Source: an uncultured Bacilli bacterium (GTDB taxonomy: Bacteria > Bacillota_I > Bacilli_A > RF39 > UBA660). Taken from it: DNA of 64,000 nt. A program made the position numbers and the translations under genes. Location: assembly GCA_910588025.1 (NCBI GenBank), contig CAJUQG010000003.1, forward strand, positions 8,114 through 72,113, read 5' to 3'. Of the stretch, positions 47,801-59,100 are shown piece after piece. The notes below the pieces were generated by a model. It was given only the letters and a program-made list of their open reading frames with translations, ran no database searches and was not told the DNA's origin. Each line of letters starts with the position of its first letter. Within the stretch, counting starts at the first letter, position 1.

Positions 47801-50002
47801 TGGACAATAACCACCTACGGTAAGATTTGCACCTGTTCCGTTGTAACCATTATATCCACGCGTATAGGTGTCATATCCATTGTTACCAAGGTATCCTCCA
47901 CCGTGTCCGTTTAAGTTTGTGGTAGTAGATCCGCCGCCACCACCTCCAGAGGCAACAATCACAATGGCATCTCTATCACTTGATAGATTAGAAAGTAAAC
48001 TTGGAATGGTAGAAATATGAGTAGCTCCTCCGCCACCATATCCCCACTGACTAGAATGTCCTGGAGTTCCTCCTCCATTATATCCACCATTTACAGTGTC
48101 TCCAGTACCTCCTACAGTGATATATAATTTTGTACCTTCTTTTAAATAAACAACACCAGTTGAATATGCACCATATCCACCGTTTCCGCCACCTTGTGAA
48201 CCCCAAGCTTCTAAACGGTAATATCCGTTTGCAGGGGCTGTGAATGTTTCAATATTTCCAGTATATGGATAATCATAGTTTAATACTAAATCAGAACTTT
48301 GTTTTTCTAAAATTATTTCATAAACCGTTGTTTTAGAATTTGGTTCTGTAACAGTAATTTTACCTGTTGAAGTTGCTTTGATATAACCAAATCCTTCTAA
48401 TTTAATGGTTGCTTCTTCATCAAAAGCAATGGCATTTACATTAACACTCATGGTGTTAGCCATTATTTTTGCTGTATAAGTTAAAGTCTCTGGATTAAAA
48501 ACGGGGTCTAATTCAAAGTTATTTATAGATAAGGATTTTAGTTTTGAACTATGTTCTCTATTTACAATCATTTCATAAACGGTTGTAGAACTTCCATCTT
48601 CTGCAACTACAGTAATATCAAATTTATTTTTGCCAGTATGTAAGTTGAAATTGCTTGGAAGGTAAACTTCTTGACTAAATCTTCCTTTTACTATTTCTAA
48701 ATCTAGAACTTCTTGGTCATAAGGAACATTGATTTCATATTTGGTTTTTTGTGGGGTGAAGTTTTCTAACCCTACTTGATCGATTAAGATGTCATCTAAA
48801 TATGGATAGCTTGATGGTGATCTTGTGGTATGAATTGTGTAGGTAAACACAGTCCCTGCTTCACTTGTTGAAGTAATATAAATATCATTGGTTCCTTTTA
48901 AGATGCCAATGGTTCCGGTTCCTTTGATGGTACTTTCTTGAAACATTGGAGTTGCGGTAACATCGACAAAAGAGCTTTCTGAATCAAAGGAAATACTATA
49001 GTTATAAATGTCTGGATCAAAGTTTGGAACTAAACCACTTTTGGAAAAATTCAAACTTTCTAATCGACCATCGTCATTCGCTACTAAAGAAATTCTAGCA
49101 TGACCATGACCCATTTTAGGGGTGTTTTCAAGTGGTGTTTCACTAGCACTTGAAACCGAGATTGTTTTTGTGTTTGCTACATTTGAAGTCGTACAGTCGA
49201 CACAGTACATAGCTTTTGTAAATTCTTTATAAGAAATCAAACTGGAAGAACCAATATAGGAAGAACCTCCTCCAGCACCACCGTGACTTCGGTTGGAACC
49301 TCCGCCACCAAACCAGCCGCCGCCACCGCCGTGACCGCCGATTTTGTCATTATAATAGCAGTAATCTCCACCACGACCGAATGATCCTACTCCACAACCA
49401 GATGCTCCTTTAATCGAATACCCTCCAGCTGTTTGAGTTGCTCCAGAACCAGAATATCCATTGTATCCTTGGGTTTGAGGGTATGTGTCATATCCATTTT
49501 TTCCTTGGATTCCTCCACCTTGACTACCATAAGGTTGAGCAGTATTTCCACCACCTGCCGCAACAATTAAAACAGAAGCTTTGTTAGATACTAGGCTTGA
49601 TAATACCCCTGACATTTTAGCAATATGGGTAGCTCCTCCACCACCATAACCAGCTTGTCCTCCGACATTTCCGCCAGCACCTCCACCGTTATAACCTCCT
49701 GCAAAACGATTTCTTGGATTTTCTCCTACATTGATATATATGGTTTGATCTTTATCTAAATAAATTACACCAGTTGCATAAGCTCCAAATCCTCCACTAC
49801 TTCCTCCTTGTGCTCCCCAGGTATCTATTTTGTAATATCCTGAAACTGGAGCGGTGAAAGTTTGTTCTCCACCAGTGTATGCAAAGTTTTTTACTTTTTC
49901 AATTTCAATACTCGCATTTGGAGTTATCATAAAAACGCAAAAAAGAATTAATGCTGTAATTAATTCAAAACAAAATAATAAACTGTTATTCTTTTTTTTC
50001 AT
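41882..50002 (-). CDS. giant (~2706 aa) secreted protein: 2 ALK/LTK-type glycine-rich domains, ~20 cadherin-like repeats, Big_2, C-terminal dockerin-like pair
   Basis: Signal peptide after MKKKNN. Two ~280-aa Gly-rich domains (YTGGEQTFTAPVSGYYKIDTWGAQGG...GGGGATHIAKMSGVLSSL...IVAAGGGN; second copy GGGGATHISTIPSLLSNL...IVASGGGGGG) resembling the human ALK glycine-rich region (GGGATYVF, WNDNTSLL). C-terminal Big_2 plus GDLTGDGYITGPDRVRLQRYMQMK...ADVTNDKEVTGPDRVKLQRYMQMK dockerin-like repeats. Confidence 0.8.
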   Translation of the reverse strand: MKKKNNSLLFCFELITALILFCVFMITPNASIEIEKVKNFAYTGGEQTFTAPVSGYYKIDTWGAQGGSSGGFGAYATGVIYLDKDQTIYINVGENPRNRFAGGYNGGGAGGNVGGQAGYGGGGATHIAKMSGVLSSLVSNKASVLIVAAGGGNTAQPYGSQGGGIQGKNGYDTYPQTQGYNGYSGSGATQTAGGYSIKGASGCGVGSFGRGGDYCYYNDKIGGHGGGGGWFGGGGSNRSHGGAGGGSSYIGSSSLISYKEFTKAMYCVDCTTSNVANTKTISVSSASETPLENTPKMGHGHARISLVANDDGRLESLNFSKSGLVPNFDPDIYNYSISFDSESSFVDVTATPMFQESTIKGTGTIGILKGTNDIYITSTSEAGTVFTYTIHTTRSPSSYPYLDDILIDQVGLENFTPQKTKYEINVPYDQEVLDLEIVKGRFSQEVYLPSNFNLHTGKNKFDITVVAEDGSSTTVYEMIVNREHSSKLKSLSINNFELDPVFNPETLTYTAKIMANTMSVNVNAIAFDEEATIKLEGFGYIKATSTGKITVTEPNSKTTVYEIILEKQSSDLVLNYDYPYTGNIETFTAPANGYYRLEAWGSQGGGNGGYGAYSTGVVYLKEGTKLYITVGGTGDTVNGGYNGGGTPGHSSQWGYGGGGATHISTIPSLLSNLSSDRDAIVIVASGGGGGGSTTTNLNGHGGGYLGNNGYDTYTRGYNGYNGTGANLTVGGYCPTGNNKNCGRGYFGQGGNFCNMTYGGPGGGAGYFGGGGGNRGHGAGGGGSSYIGSDKLISYDTVTKSTYCYGCATSNDIKTKTISTNNVSSSPTRNYAKKGSGHARISTLRFPSENNFLSSLNITATNEITNETNIKNYTPTFDLEGLEYSVTLDELETSITFLAKAEDNFAKIDGLGTFEVPAGTTDFPIKVMAESGTIRTITIHVTRPASNNAFPINIEVNGLVDSLCSKNPSFCVLNPLTFDKDTLTYEVTVPSNIKQIWFTVTKGHPYQTVTGNGKVNLDPGENDIVITVTSEDKTKTTEYHYKVTRSMAGNTDLKKLEIIDPEREINFNPSITEYYFSVPNEYTKIKQMNVETEDEDATYFVSGNKDFEVGLNEVTITVTSSNGETGIYTLKVYREKNENVYLSNLQVKKDAITYELMPEFQNINTGTYQVTVPNNIDSVDILAAAEVNTTKITGTGTKTLSVGVNYVQIITTSETGTTETYYLEITREKNNNTNLESISIINGDTTYSLDPEFDKDTLMYSVDVEEGINEITILATTEVSTTTYKLLDNNKLKVGPNLKRIMTIAEDGSSKVYNVVINRPANNDNYLENIILSEGTLNPEFDREKTSYTVELPYEISSITVTGVKSNPLSKLNGNGKYALAVGNNNISLSVISETGDIKLYELNVIRKPSDNAYLSLVTTTEGVWVPNTNHQEFTYTLTVPSTTNKISVMATPEMKTTKVMGNGEYELTDSTTDIIITTVAEDNTTSLTYTLTVEKQKSDNANLKYLLLEEGEISPEFSPSITDYTVSVPYEILKGSFHIETEDENATFEIINNDSFEVGENTVTIRVTSESQKTKDYTVIVTRQESVSGSDYLASLILDNGSLDPEFKKELQYYEVSVPYKTTTMNVTATSEDTEAIVSGNGEYHLEVGKNTILIRVLSTEGKIRDYQIVITRAPSDDARLKSLSLKDDMLSPNFDTDTYTYTTTTTKKELDFESILPMEKDANYQIIGNQFTENKDYEVIIEVTAPDGISKKIYTIHVTKNPNKNNNLASLEVLGYTLTPEFNKGVTLYTLTVPNDVNSVMIEATAESDTAVITGTGTKTINVGLNQLIVEVTSEIGTKKAYTILLTKEESNMNNLSDLIVHNGTMTPEFNTHVSTYDVVVENEEEELDITVILESDTSTYEIKNNHLEVGNNTVFIIVTAQDGTTNTITLNVTRKSISSALLEDLKVKNYPFEFNSYINHYDLLVNYETDTLDLTVIPKDANATYKVTGNENLVVGDNIVTIEVTASDNQTKEIYTLNVTKQKYATTFLDYLYTSEGDVTPDFDKKTLEYSIDVLNNVRNIEIFGESSDASAIVTGLGEYELNVGENKIVITVTSTTGVIRKYYVTVNRAPSDILSLDNLVVRSGMTTYELNPTFNPDTLEYNVNVPIGTTNVTIDAEVTDPTTVTGDGEKDLHAGLNDFVLTVTSEAGETKNITIHITRESSDNNHLISLIPSIGELEPSFSYEETSYTINLDSSASVLSFDVITEQEFAKVTGVEAEIVPDGTSTREIVIEAENGDTRTITITVNKNREDNAKLSFLEVTGYPFIEDFDADIFEYHLTVPNSKKFLLPSEIIATPQDESATIKLSESLKLSTTNTNEFVITVTAKDGFTKQTYKILVTREKGSNALLDNLEVKQGKLENSFASENFTYNWMIPNTMTVTASDILPTPQDINASVEISGGENKFIIKVTSEDGTTSKEYTLNITIDNNFDLESITPSETRILLDVGELKQMTYTLNPINTSFTEVKWMSDDETIASVDEFGNITGVGYGTTTIHVISNYDENIKASIEVKVIRKKITSSVYQIERKEKEDGSKLEYTYGSEPGILLKDYLNNFENETTTLYVYDKEGNEVDKETIIASTFMKIKLIVEDVCYDELIIVVKGDLTGDGYITGPDRVRLQRYMQMKVELEEIEMIAADVTNDKEVTGPDRVKLQRYMQMKIDSVN

Positions 50003-50023
50003 AACAATCACTACTATCTCTAC

Positions 50024-50061
50024 TATATAAAAGTATAACACCTTTTGTCGTATTTTGTCAT
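50024..50061 (-). promoter_or_regulatory. sigma-A-type promoter (ATGACA, 17 nt spacer, TGtTATACT) of the 41882..50002 gene; copy conserved upstream of the paralogue
   Basis: RC of 50056..50061 is ATGACA; RC of 50032..50038 is TTATACT with upstream TG; 17-nt spacer. The same ~50-bp element recurs at 59441..59475. Places the TSS upstream of ATG 50002 but inside the ORF-track GTG extension. Confidence 0.5.
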
Positions 50062-50077
50062 TTAAAATATCATTAAA

Positions 50078-50109
50078 ACGAAAAGAAAAAAAGCAAGTTA
50101 TTTCCTTGC
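50078..50109 (-). terminator. Rho-independent terminator after the 50110..59394 gene
   Basis: Minus strand agcaaggaaataacttgct hairpin followed by TTTTTTT immediately 3' of the stop. Confidence 0.5.
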
Positions 50110-53100
50110 TTAATTTACTGAGTCTATTTTCATTTGCATGTATCTTTGGAGTTTTACGCGGTCTGGTCCTGTCACTTCTTTATCATTTGTTACATCTGCT
50201 GCTATCATTTCTATTTCTTCTAATTCTACTTTCATTTGCATGTATCTTTGAAGTCTTACTCGATCTGGTCCTGTTATGTATCCATCTCCTGTTAAGTCTC
50301 CTTTTACTACTATGATTAATTCATCATAACAAACATCTTCTACAATTAGTTTTATTTTCATGAATGTTGATGCAATTATAGTTTCTTTATCTACTTCATT
50401 TCCTTCTTTATCATAGACATATAATGTAGTAGTTTCATTTTCAAAATTATTTAGATAGTCTTTTAGTAAAATACCTGGTTCTGATCCATATGTATATTCT
50501 AGTTTACTTCCATCTTCTTTTTCTTTTCTTTCTATTTGATAGACACTACTCGTTATTTTCTTTCTAATTACTTTTACTTCAATACTTGCTTTGATATTTT
50601 CATCGTAATTACTTATTACATGAATAGTTGTAGTTCCATAACCAACACCTGTGATATTACCAAATTCATCAACGCTAGCGATTGTTTCATCATCACTTGT
50701 CCATTTTACTTCTGTAAAACTTGTTATTTCTGGAGTAAAAGTATATGTGATTTGTTTTAACTCACCAACATCTAGTAAAATGCTTGTTTCACTTGGTGTA
50801 ATACTTTCTAAATCAAATTTTGCTCGTTTTACAATAATTTTATATTCTTGGGTTGTATAGCCATCTCTTGCAATAACTTCAATAATATATTCAGTACTTG
50901 CACCTGCATAAAGATTTAAATCACCCATCAAATTTACTGTCGCATTTGGATCCATCGGAATGGCTGTTATTTCATTTTGATAAAGGATATCTTTGCTATG
51001 TGGTACTTCAATAGTATAAGTAAACGTATTTGAATCAAAGGTAATTGGATAATCAATAATTGCTAATTCTTTTAGTCTTACTTCACTTGCAGTTTCTTTA
51101 TTAATATTGATTTTATAAACTCTTACACTTCCATCTTCTGCAGTTACAGTTATTTCTCTAACACTTAAGCCTTCTGGAACAATTTTATTTTCTAATCCTT
51201 TTACAGAGGCTAAATTACTTTCTAACGTAGCATTAAAACTTAAATCAGATATTTCATAAGATAGATCTAAGTTGTATTCTAATAATTCTTTATTAAATTC
51301 TGGAGATAATACCCCAGTACTTGGAATTAAACTAGAAAGATAATTGTTACTTGATACTTCTTTTGTGATATTTAAAATGTATGTATTTATAGTACCATCT
51401 TCCGCTTTTACTTCGATTTCAAAGCGATTTAATCCTGTAACTAGTTCTTTCGTTCCAGTGTTAGTTACTGTAGCAAATTCACTTTCTGCTTCTGCTTTAA
51501 TTTGAATAAAGTTTAAATCACTAGGAACTGTTAGTGAGTATTCATTTGTTTCTTTTTGAAATTCTGGATTTAGTGGTATATTTTCTAGAATGTGCATTAC
51601 TTTTAAGTTTTTTAAATAGTTATTATTTGCTGGAGTTCTTATCACGTTTACTTTATAAGTTCTAGTAATACCTATTGCTGATTTTACTTTAATAGATATT
51701 ATATTTGAACCAATATTTAATTCATGTACTCCAACACCACTTATAATTTTAGAGCTTGCATCTTGAGTGGTAGCATTTATTGTGATGTTTTGTGTTTCTC
51801 TTGGTACTTCAATCGTGTAATCCATTACAGTTGGATTAAAGATAGGATCAAGATTTCCAATAGATGGAATTAAACTACTTAAATAATTATTCGTTGACAT
51901 TTCCTTGTTTACATAAATTATGTATTCTAAAGTAGTTGTGGAATCACTTGCTGTTACTTTAATATGAATTTCATTCATTCCAATTTCTAATGAATCTTGG
52001 CCAGTTATTTCAACACTAGCATTTTTATCTTCTGCAATAGCAGTTATGTTTAATTGTTCTGTATCATTTGGAACTGTAATAAAATATTCTAATATTTCTT
52101 TATTAAATTCAGTATCTAGTGCAAAGTTTGTAACACTTAATTCTTTTAAGAATGCACTTATTATACTTTCACGAATTATTTTTATATTGTAGCTTCTTAC
52201 TAAACCTGATTCACTTGTTACAAGGATGGTAATATTATTTTCTCCTTCGTTTAAATTATAATTTCCAAACCCTGTAATGGTTGCATTTACATCTTCTGCT
52301 TTTCCATTTAAAGAAATCGATTCAATTTCATGTGTAACATTTATGGTATAATCTGTAGTTTCTTTTTGAAATATTGGATTTAGTGTACCTTCATTTGTAT
52401 TTAAGCTTGCTAAATAATTGTTATCACTTGCTTCTTTGGTAATTAAAACGGTATACACTTTTTTATCTCCGGTTTCACTTGTTACTACTATTTCAAAATA
52501 ATTTTCTCCTGTTTCTATCTTTTTTAAACCAGTACCCGTAATAGTTGCATTAGCATCTTCTGACGTTGCACTAATTACGACACTATTTACATCATTATTT
52601 ACTTCGGTAGCATAGAAAGTTACTCCTTTATGGAATGTAGGAGTTAGATTATATTCAACTACTTCTAAAGATGCTAGATTATTATTTTTACTGCCTGTTT
52701 TTTCTACAATAATCTTATATTCTTTTGTCGTTTCTCCATCTGGTGCTGTTACTTTTATGGTAACTGTATTTTCTCCTGTTTGAAAATTTTGATTACCAAT
52801 GATTTCATAAGTAGCATCTGTCTCAGTTGGGTTTATCATGGTAAATTCTAAATTCGTTTTACTTGTTGTTAAATGATACTCTGTTACGTCTTTAGAAAAA
52901 CTTGGGGATAACACATGATTTTTAACAACTAAATTTGTTAAAGATGCATCACTACTTTTCTTTCTTGTAATTACGATTTGATAATCCTTTTGAATTTGAG
53001 AGTTTCCAACTACAAAGATTGGAATCGAGTTTTTTCCTACTTTTAATGGGTAGGTTCCTAGTCCTTTTATGGTAGCAGACTCATCAAAAGCACTAGCTGT

Positions 53101-56100
53101 AATGGTAATATCTTCTATATCATGTTCTACTGTCAGTTCATAATTTAGAATAGTTGGATTAAAGGTAGGTGTTAGTTCTCCTCTATTGGTATCAAGAGAA
53201 CTAAGAGTTAAATCTTCATTCGTATTCTCTTGTTTTATGATATGAGTCGTATAAATTTTAACATTACCATTTTGAGCAGTAACCACGATATCAATATCTT
53301 TTGTATCATTTGGATTTAAACTACTTACATCAATGGTAAATTTGTAAGTGTCAATATTATTACTATCAGTAACATCTACAAAAGCATAAGGACTTTCTGG
53401 AATTGCTGTCATGTGTAATATATTGGTATTAAACGGAACTTTTACTTCATAATAGATGGTTGTTTCATTGAAAATCGGAGATAATCCCCCTTCTTCAATA
53501 TATAAGAAATCTAAGTCATCGTTATCTGATTTATCTCTTACTACTTTAATTACATAGTCTTTTGCTGAACCATCTTCAGCTGTAACTCGTAGTGTTATTT
53601 TATTTTCTTCCCCAGGAATTAAGTTATAGGTTCCATTTCCAATGACGTTTGAGGTGTTCGATTTTGGTGTCCCTGTAATATCAATACTACTAATTTCATA
53701 TTGAACGTTTATTAAGTAATCATAATCTTTGGTAGGGTCTATATTTTCTATTACAACACTACCTCGATTGTTGGTAATAGATTCTAATTCAGTATTATCA
53801 TCAAGTCTTTTATTTACTTTGATGGTATAAACTCTATCTACTCCATCTTCACTAGTAACAGTTAGGGTAATTATATTTTCACCTTTTACTAAGGCATACG
53901 TTCCATTTCCCTTAATGTTTGAAGCATTATCTTCTTTGATTCCTTTTAAAGTAATTTCATTTACAGATCCATCTACATCAATGGTATATGATAGATTTTC
54001 TTTATTAAATTCTTCATTTAGTGTGCCACCTGTTACTTCAATATTTTGAAGATAATTATTCGTACTTGATTCTTTTAAGACAACAATTTGATAAACCTGG
54101 TAAGTTTTATCTTCTGCAATACTAGTTATAACAATAATATTTGATTTTTCTGTTAGATTATTATTTCCTCTTATTGTATAAGTAGTGGTATTTTCTTCTG
54201 GTGTTACCTTAACATTTAATTTATCTACATTTTTAGGAATTGTCACAGTATAATTTTTGATGTCTTTGGAAAATTCAGGACTTATTTCATAGCCTTCAAT
54301 TTCAATATTTAATAAAGAACTATTATTATTACGAGATTTCATAATCACTATTTCATAAATGTTAGTATCTCCAGATTCACTTGTAACTGTAATTGGGAAG
54401 CTATTTTTACCACTCACTAGTTCAAAAACACCTGTTCCTGTTACTGATCCTGCTTCTGAAGCGGCATTAATCGTTATTTTTTTGGTAGTTGCATCTACAA
54501 CAGCAGTATAGTCATTTAAAAGTTTATTAAATGTTGGCGTAAGTTCTACTTTTTCTTGATTTTCTTTTATAACTTCTAAATTACTTAAGAAGGTATTAGT
54601 ACTTTGCTCTTTGTAAGTATATAAAATATAAGTTTTTTGATTTTTATTTGGAGCTGTGACTAAAATACGAATTTCATTTAATCCAGTCATTAAATTTTCA
54701 TTTCCAGAAATAGTAACTGTTGCATCTGGATTTTCGGGAATTGCTTCTAATTCTATTTGGGCAAATTCTGCAGGAATCGTAATATAGTACTCATAAGTAG
54801 ATGGGTTAAATGTTATTTCTGTTTTTTCATTTTGAGGATTGGTAACATTTAAAATGGCAAGATTATTGTTACCTGAATCGTCTTTTCTTATTTTATAAGT
54901 ATATGTAGTAGTATGAAGTCCATCTTCACTTGTTATATCAATTTCAATGATATTGATACCACTATGAATTTCAAAAGTATCACTTGTTTGTTCTATACGA
55001 TTTTCTTCTTCATTTTCTGGTTCATTACGGTAATATTTTATTGTTTGATAATCACTTTTTAAGGTAGGTGTTAAAGATATTTTTTCTGTCAGAAATGGAA
55101 GTAAGATTTCATAACTAGTAATGTCACTATCAAATGTATAGTTACAGTAAGAAGGACTTAAACCACATAAATAAGCTACAGGATTTTTTAAGACGATATC
55201 TTTCGCTTTACTATCATCAGATGGTTCGCGATTTATTTTTAAGGTGTAGGTTTTATTTGCTCCATCTTTTGTAGAAACAACAATTTTATGTTCATTTAAT
55301 CCTGGGTGTAATGTAATATCACCATTTCCTAAAATGCTTGCTTCTTGGGATTTTGGAATTGCTAATATGTCGATTGAATTGTATTCTTTTGGTAAATCGA
55401 TTTCATAAGTATAAGTCCATGGTTCAAAAGGAATGGTTACATTTCCATGATCTATTATAATGTTATCTAAGAAGGTATCTCCGACAATACCTGGAGTGGC
55501 TGTAATTTTAGCATATCCATTTCCACGGTTTCCATCCATTAAATTGGTTCCATCGTAGTTTGGCATTTTTTGATTACCAGAAATCATTTCTGTATCATTT
55601 AAATAATATTTTTGATCTACTGAATAACCGTTTGGAACGTTGTTTTTAGAATTAGATGTCCAGATAAAGCCTGAACCTCCTCCAGCACCATGCCATCCAG
55701 AGCCACGAGAATTATATCCGCCATACCAGCCCCCTCCTGCTCCTGGTCCGCCATATCTTGCACTGATGTAACTAATGGTAGAAGCACTTGCATTAAATCC
55801 TCCACCAAATGACCAACCTGCGGTTTGGGTTCCGGGTGCACCATAAGAAGTTGAATAAGAGTATCCAGATAATCCTCCTCCATCTCCTCCACGTTCACCG
55901 TCCATTCCGCCGCCACCACCACCGCCAGCGACAATAAGACGTGATAAAAGAGATGATTGGTCATTCCAAGGACCACTTACAAGACGAATATCGGTAGACC
56001 CTCCACCACTTGCAGCAGGATCATTACTAGTGTTGATGGCTTTGTAACCGGACCCGCCACCATTAAAGCTTGGGGCTGTTGTACATATTTTTCCACCACA

Positions 56101-59100
56101 CCAAGTACCTTCTTTTCCAACATAAATATAGAGAGTATCTCCCTTATTTAAATAAACAGAACCTTTGGCGTATCCTCCAAGTCCACCTATACCTAGTTCA
56201 CTATTTTGATGATGTCCTCCACCACTTGCACCCCATACTTCTAACGTATAAAGTGCTGGAGATGGTGCAATAAATGTTTGGTAATCACCTGTATATGTAA
56301 ATCCTTCGTTTACAGGGTCCAATATAGGCTCTATTCGTTTTAGATTTAAAGTATAAACCGTACTACTAACTCCATCTAGATCAACAGTTATAGTAATTTG
56401 TTTTTCTTTTTCTGAAACATATCGATTTTCTACAATTGTTACTTTGGCATCTTCAAAAAATGGTGTTGCAATCATTGGAACTTCTCTTGTAAAGTTTAAA
56501 ATTTCTAGAGTGTAATCTTTTTTAATAGGTGAAAAAGCACTTGTTAATACACCACCATCAATTTCTAAACTTTTTAATAGACTAGCTCTTTTTCTTTTAA
56601 AGGTAAAAGTATATGGTTGATTTTGTAAATCCCCTTCACTTGAAACTACAATATTAATTACTAATTCATTTTCTGTAAATTCATAAATTGTATTTTCTGG
56701 TATTTTTTGTCCTGGATATAATTTTAATAGTTCTAAATTAATTTTTGTTATTTCTGTTGGTAATTCCATTTCGTAATCAAACTTAGTTGGGTCAAAATTC
56801 ACATAAAGTAGACCATTTACTTTAAAGCCTTTTAACTGAGCACTAGCACTTGCTGGTCTTGTTACATGTATTGTATAAATGGAAATTTCGCCATTTAAAT
56901 TTGTAAATGTAATGGTAAAGTCTTGGTCTCCTGCTGGAACATTAAATGTACCTAGACCTGTTATTAATGCTTCTTGTTTTTTGGTTGTAGCATCAAAAGT
57001 AATCGTAGTATCTCCAACATTTAAAGAAAGATCATAATCAAATGTACCTTCATGAAATTCTGGAGTTAACACGCCTTTATCTACTGTTATTTCTAATAGT
57101 TCATCTAAATCATCTGTGGAATAATAAGAAATTTTAGCGTATCCTGCGGCATTATTTCCTAGCATGACACTACTGCCATCATAAGTTGGCATATATTGAT
57201 TTCCTGCTAAGGTTTCGGTCTCTTTTAAATAATATTTGTTTGTTGCTATGTATCCGTCTGGAACATTTTTAGAAGAAGATTCATTTAAAACAAATCCTGA
57301 TCCTCCTCCAGCACTATGGAATCCTCTTCCCAAAGAGTTTTTTCCACCATACCAGCCGCCACCGCCACCAGAGCCACCATATTGGGAACTGATGTATCCG
57401 ATGGTACTTGCATTAGCGTTAAAGCCTCCACCAAAAGACCAACCTGAGTTTTGCGTTCCGGGTGCACCATAAGAGGTAGAATAAGAGTATCCAGATAAGC
57501 CTCCGCCATCTCCTCCACGTTCGCCATCCATACCAGATCCACCACCACCGCCTGCAACGATGATACGTGATAGAAGTGAGGTTTCATTGTCCCAAGGACC
57601 AGGAACAAGCCGAATATCGGTAGCCCCTCCACCACTGGCAACAGGGTCTCTAGTTGAATTCATAGTTTTGTAACCGGTTCCTCCACCATTAAAGCTTGGA
57701 GATGATATACAAATAGAATTGCCACACCAAGAACCTTCTGCTCCGACATAAATATACAATTTATCTCCAGCATTTAAATATAGCTTTCCTTTGGAATATC
57801 CTCCTAGTCCAGCTATTCCTAATTCTGAATTTTGGTGAGATCCACCACTTCTTGCTCCCCATACTTCTAAGGTATAGTAAGTGGAGTATGGAGCAACAAA
57901 TTCTTGATAATCTCCAGTATAATTAAATGTTGTTTCTAGTGGTTTACTATTTACCGTTTGTTCAAATTCTCTATTAATATTAAACTTATAAGTTGTATTC
58001 TCACAATTTGGTTTACTTACATTAATTGTGACTATATTTTTTCCTACACTTAGATCATTTGAGGATATGGTGTAAGTTGTTTCTTCATCAGTTTCAATCA
58101 GTGGATTAAATTTAGTTGTAGTATGATTTACTGTAATATCGTATTCATAAACATTACTTTCAAACGAAGTAAAATTTTCAAATGTTAGATTATTTAATTT
58201 AGCTTTAGCAATTACTGGATAAATATTGTAGATAAAGATATTCCCTTCTAAATCCATTAATATTACTTGATGAATTTTATCTTTTTCTAAAGTTGTTTCT
58301 CCTACATTGTGCGCCCACATAAATTTTGTTTCATCATAGGTTATAGTAGTTTTATAAGGAGATGCTGGTAAAACTGTTTCATAATTTAGAGTGTTATTTT
58401 CAAAAAAAGGAGTTAGTTCTAAATCAGTTAAAGATATCGGTGGTTTTTCTCCATCTAAAGGAGAAGTTTTTTCTAATAAGGTTATTTTGGCATATCCATC
58501 GGCTTTATTTCCAATCATAGTACTTTTTCCATCATGAGTTGGCATGGATGCATTTCCGGCTATTGTCTTGGCATCCGTTAAAAAATACTGCTCACTAACA
58601 TGATAACCTTTTGGGACATTTAAAACAGACTCTGGAGTCCATATAAAACCAGAACCTCCACCAGATCCTTCCCATTTGCTAGGACCAGCTGAGTAATATC
58701 CGCCATACCAGCCACCGCCTCCACCATTTCCACCATAAGTAGAATTAATGTAAGAAAGGGTATTTACATTGGCGCTAAATCCTTCTCCAAATTTCCAGCC
58801 AGTGGTTTGGGTTCCACCATAACCAGATTCCGCGTTAACAAGAATTCCTTCTAAACCGCCACCGTGGCCACCAGGTTCGCCATTATCTACACCGCCGCCA
58901 CCGCCACCGCCTGCAACGATGATACGCGATAAGAGAGAAGATGAGTCATTCCACTCTCCTTTTGTAAAACGAATGTCTGTAGCTCCTCCACCACTCGCAA
59001 CAGGATTCCAAGTATCACTAGCAGCAGTTCGTTTCCAGCCAGAGCCGCCACCATTGAACCCTCCAGGAACGGTACAATATCCACCTTGGCAAAACGTACC

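Noticed and set aside
55617-55976. Alt-frame ORFs inside the giant genes (55617..55976, 57285..57641, 58887..59132, and plus-strand 57236..57472, 58919..59116)
   Set aside because: They lie entirely within the Gly-rich domain coding regions; GGN/CCN-rich codon runs keep alternative frames open. They are useful only as markers of the internal DNA duplication.
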